This document shows positions 51,890 through 64,000 of a stretch of 64,000 nt of DNA, in pieces. The number at the start of each line of letters is the position of its first letter. Position 1 is the stretch's first letter. The DNA is from Macrostomum hystrix (lineage: Eukaryota; Animalia; Platyhelminthes): contig CATNEN010000039.1 of NCBI GenBank assembly GCA_950097015.1, positions 9,610,001 to 9,674,000 of the forward strand. The letters run 5' to 3'. The notes beneath the pieces were generated by a model that saw only the letters and a list, made by a program, of their open reading frames with translations, had not been told where the DNA came from and did not search any database. The position numbers and the translations under genes were made by a program.

Positions 51890-52533
51890 AGCAACAGTAG
51901 CAGCGACAGCGACAGCAGCAACGGCAGGGTCAGCAGTAGCAGCAGCAGCAACAACAGCAGCGTTAGTGCTAGCAGTAGCGGCAGTGTCAGCAGTAGCGGC
52001 AGCAGCAACAACAGCAGCGTTAGTGCTAGCAGTAGCGGCAGTGTCAGCAGTAGCGGCAGTGTCAGCAGTAGCGGCAATGTCAGCAGCAGCAGCAGCAGCA
52101 ACAACAGCAGCGTTAGTGCTAGCAGTAGCGGCAGTGTCAGCAGTAGCGGCAGTGTCAGCAGTAGCGGCAGTGTCAGCAGCAGCAGCAGCAGCAACAACAG
52201 CAGCGTTAGTGCTAGCAGTAGCGGCAGTGTCAGCAGTAGCGGCAGTGTCAGCAGTAGCAGCCGCAGCAACAACAGCAGCGTTAGTGCTAGCAGTAGCGGC
52301 AGTGTCAGCAGTAGCGGCAGTGTCAGCAGTAGCAGCCGCAGCAACAACAGCAGCGTTAGTGCTAGCAGTAGCGGCAGTGTCAGCAGTAGCGGCAGCAGCA
52401 ACAACAGCATCGTTAGTGCTAGCAGTAGCGGCAGTGTCAGCAGTAGCGGCAGCAGCAACAACAGCATCGTTAGTGCTAGCAGTAGCGGCAGTGTCAGCAG
52501 TAGCGGCAGTGTCAGCAGCAGCAGCAGCAGCAA
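51890..52533 (+). repeat. CAG-derived compound repeat with 18-bp subunit (CAGCAGTAGCGGCAGTGT) and higher-order blocks
   Basis: Direct periodicity. Confidence 0.88.
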
Positions 52534-53484
52534 GGGTCATCGAGGATTTCCAGAGGCACTTGAGCTCTGGAAAGGTTGCGTAATCCGTGCTCCAGTTTGG
52601 GGCTCACCGAGTGGTTCTGAGCGGTCGAGTGCGGAAAGTGATGCTCTCTCTCGGACATGCGAGAATTTTTATAAAGAGTATAGCAAGCAATTGATACCTC
52701 AGTGAGCGGAACTGAGTCAGTTCGCAAATAAAAAAATTGCATAATTTCTCACCTCCCCAACCTGTCAGTTGAGTACAGCTCCATAAGTCATCAACTGGTC
52801 TTTGAGACTTCAAGTCAAAAAGCATTAGTCCGTGTCAAGGTTGCCCCCTGACCCGCCAGAGCCGCACGTGACTAAAAGCCGGGGGTCGCAGACAAAGGCT
52901 GGAGAATGATTTATTGAAATCGAAATTGAAATATTTTTCTAGCTCTATACGATTTGAGTATCGAGAAATCAATTATTGAGCAGAAAGATATTATATTCGC
53001 CGTTCAATCGCCGCTGACGAACAAAGACCGCTTCAATCAACTTCGGGGTGGGATTGAAAGCGCTAACAAAAAGCCGCCTTTGCTAAAGTCTTAGAATTCA
53101 GAGAACAATAAATGAATTTGTTGAGTATCTGCTAAATTGCATGGATCGCGCACGCTTTCGAGAACTTCAGAGGTGCCACTCCGCGATTAGTTGAGTGCCG
53201 ACAGACGCAATCGTTTTGACACGTCTGGCCCTCAGGTGAGACCATTCCCAGATGCTTGAGACTTGGCAGGACTTGAGTATAGAGAGAGAGTTAAAGTGAG
53301 TCTAAATAATATTGTTATTAGCAGAACATGAATTTATTTCCCGTTTGAAGTTTCCCGCAATTCGTTTAAACGACTTGAGTGAGTAAATTAGAAAGTGAGT
53401 TTATGAATTATTTCAGGAGTTTGCGGTTGATTGACATGCTGAGCATATTGACTCTTATGAGCTGATAAATTTTTCTGGGTTTTT

Positions 53485-54965
53485 AGTTCATAACCAACTC
53501 CATGAGTGATGTCATTAGTTCATGACCAACTCCATGAGTGATGTCATTAGTTCAAGACCAGCTCCATGAGTGATGTCATTAGTTCATGACCAACTCCATG
53601 AGTGATGTCATTAGTTCATGACCAGCTCCATGAGTGATGCCATTAGTTCATGGCCAACTCCATGAGTGATGTCATTAGTTCATGACCAACTCCATGAGTG
53701 ATGCCATTAGTTCATGACCAGCTCCATGAGTGATGTCATTAGTTCATGACCAACTCCATGAGTGATGTCATTAGTTCATGACCAACTCCATGAGTGATGC
53801 CATTAGTTCATGACCAACTCCATGAGTGATGTCATTAGTTCATGACCAGCTCCATGAGTGATGCCATAATTTCATGACCAACTCCATGAGTGATGTCATT
53901 AGTTCATGACCAGCTCCATGAGTGATGCCATTATTTCATGACCAACTCCATGAGTGATGCCATTAGTTCATGGCCAACTCCATGAGTGATGTCATTAGTT
54001 CATGACCAGCTCCATGAGTGATGCCATTAGTTCATGGCCAACTCCATGAGTGATGTCATTAGTTCATGACCAGCTCCATGAGTGATGTCATTAGTTCATG
54101 ACCAGCTCCATGAGTGATGTCATTAGTTCATGACCAGCTCCATGAGTGATGTCATTAGTTCATGACCAGCTCCATGAGTGATGTCATTAGTTCATGACCA
54201 GCTCCATGAGTGATGTCATTAGTTCATGACCAGCTCCATGAGTGATGCCATTATTTCATGACCAACTCCATGAGTGATGTCATTAGTTCATGACCAGCTC
54301 CATGAGTGATGTCATTAGTTCATGACCAGCTCCATGAGTGATGTCATTAGTTCATGACCAGCTCCATGAGTGATGTCATTAGTTCATGACCAACTCCATG
54401 AGTGATGTCATTAGTTCATGACCAGCTCCATGAGTGATGTCATTAGTTCATGACCAGCTCCATGAGTGATGCCATTAGTTCATGACCAGCTCCATGAGTG
54501 ATGTCATTAGTTCATGGCCAACTCCATGAGTGATGTCATTAGTTCATGACCAGCTCCATGAGTGATGTCATTAGTTCATGACCAGCTCCATGAGTGATGT
54601 CATTAGTTCATGACCAGCTCCATGAGTGATGTCATTAGTTCATGGCCAACTCCATGAGTGATGTCATTAGTTCATGGCCAACTCCATGAGTGATGTCATT
54701 AGTTAATGACCAGCTCCATGAGTTATGCCATTAGTTCATGACCAGCTCCATGAGTGATGCCATTAGTTCATGACCAACTCCATGAGTGATGTCATTAGTT
54801 CATGACCAGCTCCATGAGTGATGTCATTAGTTCATGACCAGCTCCATGAGTGATGTCATTAGTTCATGACCAACTCCATGAGTGATGCCATTAGTTCATG
54901 ACCAACTCCATGAGTGATGTCATTAGTTCATGACCAGCTCCATGAGTGATGTCATTAGTTCATGA
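53485..54965 (+). repeat. 32-bp minisatellite (AGTTCATGACCA[A/G]CTCCATGAGTGATGTCATT)
   Basis: Direct periodicity, ~46 units. Confidence 0.97.
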
Positions 54966-55331
54966 CGAAGGTAATGAATCATCTCATAAGGCCCAGAATC
55001 TCTTTAGATTTTGTTCCCAAAACGGCTTCAAGTTACTTTAAATTCAAAGCAAAAATTTTCAAAGCAAATCGAACAGGCTAGTTTCAGACTGCCGGGCAAC
55101 GTCTTCATCAGCATCATCTCTAGGGCTAGTCGGGCCTATTGGCGTCTTAACCAGCCTTCGTGTCATAAATGATGGTAATTCGATTTGACACAAAAATTCC
55201 GAGTCCCAATTCCGGGAGCTCCTCCCCCAATGCGGTAGATTTCCCTCGGCAGGGTTCAGTCAGCCAGCCGTGGCATGGCATGTCGTAATTATTGACCGCT
55301 TGCAAGATTAGGAGGCCGCTGCAGATCAGAT

Positions 55332-55371
<40 letters not shown>

Positions 55372-55684
55372 CAGTGCACCGACCATTCGAGTGTTAATCT
55401 TTCTAAATCTACTTTTTTACAGTCCTATTTCTATTCTTGGAGAATGATAGAATGGGCGAGGGAGATTGGCTCTCCGACTAGAACGATGCACTTTTTTCTA
55501 GCTAGGCGGACAAACAATTAGGAAATTATTCCGGATATGCGATACCGGAGGTCCGCTTCTGACATGCATGAAATAAACTTTCTGCCTGTGGATTTTGCAC
55601 TTTACTGTTTTTTGTTAACCGCAAATGTGGGAGATTGGGAGATTGGGACAGAGGGCGAAGGAGGGTGGGATGGAAAATTTTGAG

Positions 55685-56600
55685 AAGGAGAGGGAGGAGA
55701 GGGAGGAGAGGGAGGAGGGAGGAGATGAAGGAGAGGGAGGAGAGGGAAGAGAGGTAGGAGAGGGAGGAGAGGTAGGAGAGGGAAGAGAGGGAGGAGAGGG
55801 AGGAGAGGGAAGAGAGGGAGGAGAGGGAAGAGAGGGAGGAGAGGGAGGAGAGGGAGGAGAGGGAAGAGATGGAAGAGAGGGAGGAGAGGGAGGAGAGGGA
55901 AGAGAGGGAAGAGAGGGAAGAGAGGGAGGAGAGGGAAGAGAGGGAGGAGAGGGAGGAGAGGGAAGAGAGGGAAGAGAGGGAAGAGAGGGAGGAGAGGGAA
56001 GAGAGGGAGGAGAGGGAGGAGAGGGAGGAGAGGGAAGAGATGGAAGAGAGGGAGGAGAGGGAGGAGAGGGAGGAGAGGGAAGAGAGGGAGGAGAGGGAAG
56101 AGAGGGAGGAGATGGGAGGAGAGGGAGGAGAGGGAGGAGAGGGAGGAGAGGGAGGAGAGGGAGAAGAGGGAAGAGAGGGAAGAGAGGGAAGAGAGGGAGG
56201 AGAGGGAAGAGAGGGAGGAGAGGGAGGAGAGGGAGGAGAGGGAGGAGAGGGAAGAGATGGAAGAGAGGGAGGAGAGGGAGGAGAGGGAGGAGAGGGAAGA
56301 GAGGGAGGAGAGGGAAGAGAGGGAGGAGATGGGAGGAGAGGGAGGAGAGGGAGGAGAGGGAGGAGAGGGATGAGAGGGAAGAGAGGGAGGAGAGGGAAGA
56401 GAGGGAGGAGAGGGAGGAGAGGAAGGAGAGGGATGAGAGGGAAGAGAGGGAGGAGAGGGAGGAGAGGGAGGAGAGGGAAGAGAGGGAGGAGATGGGAGGA
56501 GAGGGAGGAGAGGGAGGAGAGGGAGGAGAGGGAGGAGAGGGAAGAGAGGGAGGAGAGGGAGGAGAGGGAAGAGAGGGATGGGAGGAGAGGGAGAAGGGAG
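55685..56600 (+). repeat. Near-pure polypurine repeat (~10-bp GAGGGAGGAG/GAGGGAAGAG)
   Basis: ~900 bp almost entirely G/A. Confidence 0.93.
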
Positions 56601-57202
56601 GAATGGAGACAGAAATTATATGCAGAAAGAATTTTATCTTTCTGCTTTCTGTTATCTCAAATCTCCCGACAAGTCCGCAGATTGTGTTGTCATTTGTCCT
56701 TCTTTGTGTTCTCCTTCAATTAGGTGGGTCCCAATTTTATGTCAATAATAATTTCTGATATTCTTCTGCAATCGTTTATTTAACTTTCCCCATTTTCCGT
56801 TAACAAAGCTTCTTAATTAAAGTTATGCTGCTGCATTTGTTTATGAATTTTCACTCCATTATTAGCTTGTCACCCATAGCAAAAATTCTGACGCAAAGCC
56901 AGTCTTGAACTAGGAAATTCCATTTGTCTTATCAGGCACAGTCCAGTCGCCATGAATTTCTGCTTCCAACCTGTAAACATGGGGATAATTCTGCTGGGCG
57001 GGCATTAAAACCTTATGGGCTTTGTCTGATTTCAGAGCACTAAATTTCTGTCGGCGATAAATATTTTTCAGTCTTCACAGTCATGATTTATGGCCGAGAA
57101 TCAGTATTAAAGCTCTCACCACAACGCCGCTGGCCTATTTTAAGGTATTCACAATTAAGCAATTTATGTTTGTTCAAACAATTCTAATCAGAAACCTGAG
57201 CC

Positions 57203-57384
57203 AGATGTACAGATGTACAAATGTACAGATGTACAGATGTAAGATGTACAGATGTTCAGATGTACAGATGTTTAGATGTACAGATGTAAGATGTACAGAT
57301 GTACAGATACAAGATGTATAGATTTACAGATGTAAGATGTACTGATGTACTGATGTACAGATGTACAGATGTGGACAGATGTAC
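57203..57384 (+). repeat. 8-bp satellite (AGATGTAC)
   Basis: Direct periodicity. Confidence 0.9.
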
Positions 57385-59320
57385 ACACCAGCTCGAATGT
57401 CTACCCCAGATGTCATTGGCACCCATTTTAAACCTGGTTAATTTTCCGGCGCCAAGCCATTTTGCGCCGGAATGCCAACAGCGTGAATGGTGAATGATTG
57501 GTCGACAGACTAGGCGATTATGTCCAGTGGTTGAGCTGCGCCTACTATTTAGGCTTAATTAGTGAAATTTGAGAAATTTGCGTCAGGGTGTCCATAGTGG
57601 CCTATTTCCACCTGTTGTAGCCATTGAAGGTACAGCAGTTCGTCTAGATAAAGATAGGTGACCACCGAAGACGGAGATGATGCAGGCACATTCGGCTGAC
57701 ATGCTGATAAATTTTGAAGGCCTGGCAAGGCCGCACTGAGACGCAGTGCTAACTCGTATATAGGGGTGTATGAAATACACTAGTGCTTATGAATCCGAGT
57801 TTTAGCCAGAACCATTGACTGTCTTGAATATCTTGACTGTCTGAAGAGCTGGCGACTTGATTATTGTTTCAGAAGATGCGCAACAAAAAGTTGGCCCGTG
57901 TTCTTGAGTTTCGTGCGCTTGCGTTGCTCCGCTCGGGTGCAGCACAAAAATGGAATGGGGGTAAACTTTTCCAGCCTTTACAACTGAGACTTCATAAACT
58001 CGAAGTCATTTAATCATGATGACATTTTCTAATCCTAGCTAGGATACGAAATTCTGGATACTTTCCTTGCAGCGACTCGACAGTTGCTCAAAGATGAATT
58101 ATTACAGACTGAGCATCTGAGAAGCTCCACTTAGTTCCCCTTATCCCAAAATGGGGAACGCTATTACGTAAGGTGGCATATTGCTTACTATCGCGGATAC
58201 TGAATGAATTATTGAAACGCCAATCGAATGCATTCAAATCCTGTCTATGTTATTCTGCTGCCGTGGCTAATACTTAGCCTGGCAAAGCAGCGCATTACAC
58301 TTCATGAAGAATTCAGGAACAGCCGTTCTGGCTGAGCAATGCGAAGGTCTGGCAGCCAGGATCATCCCTTGTTGCTGATTTCTGTCCAAAAATAAGTTGT
58401 GTTTCGCTTCCAGGCTACGAGAGACGGGATCACGACCCACGCGGGGCGATAGAGGGACTGACTGCAGTAGGATGAGGTTGGGGACTAGACGTGTGGCTGT
58501 TACGCAACCAGTCACACCCGCCCTGCTCTCAGTATGGGATATCTAAGGACTGACTGACTGAGTGGGGGAGGTGGGAAGATGATGGGCGATGGAAAAATAA
58601 ATCAACTTCCAAATCGGACGCGCGCACACAAGCATCGCTTTGAGAGTTCTGGCAACTGCCCACACGGGTTGTCACCGCAGCCCCGGTTACCGCTGGCAGC
58701 TGGCTCAGGAATCCGTCATCCATGGCACGTCTCGCGCCGTGAAATCCCAAATCCCAAGCCGGCCAAAGGGTTCAGAGGGAATCAAGCGAGCATGGATCTA
58801 TCAGGGAGGATTTGTGACCCAACGGGAATTCGCTCCCTTGACTTCCTTGACCGTGACGGACAAGAAATCCCATTGACGGACAGGTGTCGCCAATTTGTCA
58901 AGTCGCGTTATGATAATCAAGTTTCTCAGAACACAATTATTAAGCATGGTGTTGTTTTTTTACTCGACGCTTTAACAAGCACGATGAGCGCTGTGTACAA
59001 TATCCCCACTGACTCACACCCACCCATCTGGTCATTTCGGAGTCTAAAACTTAGAAAATGAAATTCACACTGCAATGCCGATCCTTCCAGCTGAGCTACT
59101 ATGCAGGGAAATTTTCTTTAGGGATTACAGGAATTCCCGCGGAGAGACACACTTGAATAGCGACACAGCCGCCTTTGTGACTCATCCGTGGGAATCGACT
59201 TCGAAAGACATAATTTTCTTCGCACAAATGCTTGAACAAAGTTTGACGGAAATGGTCCACAATGTGGTGCTTCTTGCTATGAACCACTACCACATGGAGG
59301 CACGCGCCACTTACACATCA

Positions 59321-59855
59321 GGGCGCCACTGCTCATATTATGGTGCGCCACTACTCGTACAATGGGGCGCCACTGCTCATACAATGGGGCGCCACTTCTC
59401 GTACTAAGGGGCGCCACTTCTCGTACTAAGGGGCGCCACTTCTCGTACTAAGGGGCGCCACTTCTCGAACTAAGGGGCGCCACTTCTCGTACAATGGGGC
59501 GCCACTTCTCGTACTAAGGGGCGCCACTTCTCGTACTAAGGGGCGCCACTTCTCGTACAATGGGGCGCCACTTCTCGTACTAAGGGTCGCCACTTCTCGT
59601 ACTAAGGGGCGCCACTTCTCGTACTAAGGGTCGCCACTTCTCGTACTAAGGGTCGCCACTTCTCGTACTAAGGGGCGCCACTTCTCGTACTAAGGGGCGC
59701 CACTTCTCGTACTAAGGGTCGCCACTTCTCGTACTATGGGGTGCCACTTCTCGTACTAAGGGGCGCCACTTCTCGTACTAAGGGTCGCCACTTCTCGTAC
59801 TATGGGGTGCCACTTCTCGTACTATGGGGCGCCACTTCTCGTACTAAGGGGCGCC
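59321..59855 (+). repeat. 22-bp minisatellite (GGGCGCCACTTCTCGTACTAAG)
   Basis: Direct periodicity, degenerate at the left edge. Confidence 0.95.
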
Positions 59856-60402
59856 TAAGTTGATTTCAGCTTTCGATGCAAATTATTGCCAACTGACCTC
59901 TCTGTGTTGCAGTTCGGGTAATACAGTTGTTGGCGAACTGGGTTGTAAAAAGCCACTTTTTAAACACACTTTGGCGGTACAGTTACGGCCTATACCAAAG
60001 GGCGGCAGCTTAGGTCCGAGAAGCAGCATATAGGCAAAGATAGGACGGCAGCACCGATTCTGAAATGGAAATTCCTGTTTGAAGCTATCCGCTGGACCCC
60101 CCCCCGGTTACGGTTGAATGGCTCTTGGGGTCAGATCGACCTACCCGATGATACAACCTCTAAAATAATGACGCATCTCTTTAATGCCTATGATGCTGTC
60201 TTATTAAATATTAATAAGCCATTTGGATCATGTAATAAATAGCTTACACACCCATTCGATAAGCAGTCATGATAATCCCCCAAGTTTCACGTTAAAGAGC
60301 TACACAAATCCGGAAATTTCCTCAAATTCGAAACGAATAAAACAAAAATCAAGATTTCAAAAATACAGGCCTATAGAAACTCCTGACTGTAATAATAACT
60401 TT

Positions 60403-60749
60403 TAATTATTAATTAATTTAAAATAATTAATAATAATAGTAATTATTATTAATTTATTACACCTGCCCCTATCGGGTCAAATGTGCAGCCGACAGCACAG
60501 CCACAGCTATTGCGCGGCGCATCTGAAGGCTGCGTACGGCTGTTCAGTCCATGGACTGGGGGGGGGGGCGCCACACCCACCTTCCATTATCCCAGCTAAT
60601 ACTGGTACCCATTTAACAGCTGGGTGAACTGAAGCAATGCAGAGTTAAGTGTCTTGCTAAGGGACAAAAATTGTTTCAGTGGAGTCGGAAATCGAACCCC
60701 CGACCTTCAAGTCGTGAGTCCGACGCCCTAACCACTAGGCTATAACCTC
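60403..60749 (-). mobile_element. Near full-length CORE-type SINE with AT-rich tail
   Basis: Reverse complement reads GAGGTTATAGCCTAGTGGTTAGGGCGTCGGACTCACGACTTGAAGGTCGGGGGTTCGATTTCCGACTCC...CCCTTAGCAAGACACTTAACTCTGCATTGCTTCAGTTCACCCAGCTGTTAAATGGGTACC, ending CAGGTGTAATAAAT plus TAA/ATT repeats. Confidence 0.9.
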
Positions 60750-62494
60750 TTACTTCTGTTGAAAACTGTAGAAAACGTTCAAAACAAGAAATCGCTGTCT
60801 CACTCACCTTTCAATTTGTTTCCTGTCTCTTTCCACCTTCTTCGACACCCCTATATCCGTCGCACTGAATAGTCGGTTACGCAACAGCTCACAGACCGAT
60901 CCAACCTTCACTTTCACTCTCCAAGCCTGCAATTGCGACAACCTCAACTCCTCCAACCCGACAATTAGCGAGTTACCGAGGCAAAGAACGGTGGAAAACT
61001 CCTGGCCATTGGGTTGAAAGCAGAGAACTTGGATAGAAAGTGTTGAGTCTACACTATAGGTTGAGGTGGATGCTGCGTCAATGATGAGGCGTTTGATGAG
61101 TGCTCAAAGGGGTCTTGCGCTATGAGGTGGGCAAATTGAGTGAGATGATGCGAAACGGGAGTATGGGGACTGAGCGCACAAATTACAATTCCACCTGCAA
61201 GGCCGATTCCTTTCCTACATTTTTTGCATCGTCACTCAGTCGTTAAGACAATTTTTTCCCAATTTCTCTCTATCCGTTCTGATGCTTTGCATTCGTCTTT
61301 ACACCCACTTTCCCGTGTTACGTAACAGACTGCTTCTGTTAACAGACTCCTCCTGCCACAATCGAACAGAGAGGCCTCAACTGACCTCAGCAGCGCCTGC
61401 CAGTGCCCTCCCCGTTCCCCATCAGCGTCCGGACTGAAAGACAACGGTTTGGGGGAGGAACAATGGACGGGAAACCGGCTCATGGCTGGCCTGGCAACGG
61501 CAGGAACAGAAAATGGGCCAGGGTGAGGTGAGGGAGACAGTCAGGACAGCCAGACATCAAGGCGCGAGCGACGGCGCATCTGATTGAGGACAATGCGCTG
61601 CCAGTCTGTCTTGTATAGTCCTGATTGACTCGCTCGCGTGACCAAATAAGCCAACACTGCCGACCGCTTCACTCTGGGGACTTTTATCTCATCATCGGCG
61701 GTGCTGCCTACCAACGAACTGCTTTTTCTGTCTCTCCCCCTTTTTTCAGTCTGTACCCAAAACCATCCCCAAAGTCATCTGAGGCCTCCTTATACTTACT
61801 CACTTACTATTCACTCACGCTACTGCAGTGGTTCCTAGGTTTGCCGGTCTTGTCTTTCAAGCGAAGTCTTGCATGACTGCGTGGGGCAGGGGGGTGGCCA
61901 ACTCCACCCACAGAGCGATAAATTATTTGGTATCCCTGAGAGATTCTCAAGGTCCCTCATCGGAGTGACACTCGAGGCCGCTGAATGCACAGCCCCCCTG
62001 TATTGAGCATTAATAATAAATTCAGGTGAACTCACAGTAGCAGCAGCATGACTTAGGTGCATTGTAAAAAAAGCCAATTGCCATGGACCGGCGCCGGCGG
62101 GTCCTGTGCAAGGGACTTGTTCGTTGTCAGTTAAGAAGCAATGTTATAAAGCTAGTAATCTGTAAGTTATTTTCGTCCACTATTTTCGTATCTTTTTTGA
62201 TTGTACGATTCAAAACCAAGCAAATGACAATCAATTCAGGTTGAAAATTAAATCAGCAATTTTATTTTTTATATCGAGCTTATATAGAACTTAATTCATT
62301 AAAATCCCTTTTACAAGACCTGCACTGATTTAAACACATTGATGAAAAATGAAATCGACGGTGAATTGAAAAATAATATATTAAGGTTAAATTGGCAGAG
62401 CAGTCTACTGGATAGTGCGGAATCCGGTTAATTTGCGAATTTTGCAATTAGCTTCGGAAGTCGGATCGTCAAGGGTTACTGGGGTGAACCTGAT

Positions 62495-62938
62495 GGGAGG
62501 TTGTAGCCTTGTGCTTAGGGCATCGAACTCACGACTTGAAGTTCGGGGGTTCGATTCCCGACTCCACTGGAACAATTTGTGTCCTTTAGCAAGACACATA
62601 ACTTTGTGAGAGATACAATTCAGACTACTGACAACAGTAGAAAAGCAAAGACTTGGCTGCAAAACTCTCACATAACACTAAAAAAGTATCGCCAAAAGTA
62701 TCGCTAAAATGGCATGGTTAAAACAGACTTCTAGTGTGTTACTAACTTTGCATTGCTTCAGTTCACCAAGCTGTTAAATGGGTAACAGCATCAGCTGGGA
62801 TAATTAAAGGTCATTGGACTGAACAGCTGTATGCAGCCTTCAGATGCGCCGCGCAATAGCTGCGGCTGTGCTGTCGGCTGCACATCTGACCCGATTGGGG
62901 CAGGTGTAAATAATTATTATTTATTCTTATTATTATTA
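62495..62938 (+). mobile_element. CORE-type SINE interrupted by a 136-bp insertion
   Basis: Same head, CORE and tail as the other copies. Extra sequence 62607-62742 is flanked by direct repeat TAACTTTG. Confidence 0.85.
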
Positions 62939-64000
62939 ACGAAAAGCATTGTCTTCATAAAAACCAAAGTTGCACCGTGGGCTTCATGTCGTGGGAGTGC
63001 TTGCATTGAAGGAAGTGTATAAAAACTTCCTTATATTGTTATTCACACTTGCCATTTTATTATTGACATCGAGCTACGAGCGTAGTAGAAAAAGTAGAGC
63101 TCTAACTTTAGTAATCCTTGGGCGCAATTTGTGGCTAGAACGGTAAAACGACTAATTTTAAAAGTAATAAGACTGTAGTATTTTCATCGCTTGCTTTCCC
63201 TTCTCGAAATTAGCAAACAATGAGAACTAAATTAGCGGATTTCGCATAGATTCAAACAAAGTGAATAGTAACTTAAACTTGAGATTTGCAGGAAAGAAAA
63301 CGCAAAAGATCTGCATGAAAGAACTAAATGTATTTGTTAAATATTAAACTTTTTTGCCTCAGTGCTAAGGCTTTGTTGTTAACATTCAAGGAGAATTTCT
63401 TTTCTCGACTTTTCTGTTTTAGAAGACATCTAACGATTAACAAGCTAGTTTAAAGATCCTGTAATTTTTAGTGGGTAAATTAAAGCATTTTAATTCTTGT
63501 ACTGCTCAAAAAGAAAGAAAATCCTATATTAGCTAATTGATTTCCCCTTTGTTGACACCAGTGCAGTCCTTTCCAGGTTAAAGAAGGTTAAAGAACAGGT
63601 TAAAGAAGATTGGCTCTCCATGGTGCATGCTAAAATAGATCTTTGTGGTCATGCTATGTTCTTGCTAAACTATTCTATTCTGTTTATACACTAGTCAGAC
63701 TGTAAGACTAGAATAGCCTGAAGTTCTATCTAAGCATGTTTTGATACACATCTTATACAAGTTATAGCTAGCTATAGCTAAGCTAGGCCTACCCTGCTAC
63801 CTAGGTGAGCTAAAAGTAGCATTTTAGTTCTACTAAGTAATTGTTTTGGAACATACAAAAACTTTTTTGCGCTTAGTAAATGAAATTAAGAGTGACTAGT
63901 TTAGACTTTTAATAATAATAGTGATGATGATCTTGACCAAGTCACCATGTGATCACTGTACAGTTCATACCAGGCAAAGGCACAAATGCTCACAAACAAA

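Noticed and set aside
51818-52705. Ser-rich, Ala-rich (antifreeze-like) and Leu-rich ORFs
   Set aside because: CAG-derived repeat open in four frames; no supporting start context or splice structure.
57500-59320. Cluster of 60-160-aa ORFs as a decayed transposon or gene
   Set aside because: No recognisable RT, transposase or other motif; cannot be supported without a homology search.
60680-60749. tRNA genes at the SINE heads (also 15018 and 62495)
   Set aside because: They continue into a CORE domain and tail, lack a proper acceptor stem and are mutually diverged: SINEs, not tRNAs.

Overview
Eukaryotic (animal) genomic DNA, not prokaryotic. The only well-supported protein-coding gene is a minus-strand, non-clustered (delta-like) protocadherin. 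One 2.5-kb exon (35074-32599) encodes a signal peptide, 7 cadherin repeats and the TM helix. It splices in compatible phase to two cytoplasmic exons (24355-24162 and 17626-17138), giving a predicted 1052-aa protein. Putative 5'-UTR exons lie at 35842-35747 and possibly near 60808. About 40% of the window (hand estimate ~26 kb) is ~30 separate mini/microsatellite arrays with units of 4-89 bp, and almost all the long ORFs in the track are read-throughs of these arrays. Mobile DNA includes four copies of a tRNA-derived CORE-type SINE, two copies of a second SINE-like repeat, and a hAT (Charlie/Buster-like) MITE with TIRs and an 8-bp TSD that carries a 16-bp minisatellite; relics of that element or its array occur at three more sites. 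The satellite density with a GC3-rich protocadherin would fit a satellite-rich lophotrochozoan such as the flatworm Macrostomum, but this is inference only. The most notable candidate system is MITE-borne minisatellite dispersal, plus several pairs of satellite families sharing cores at different unit lengths.
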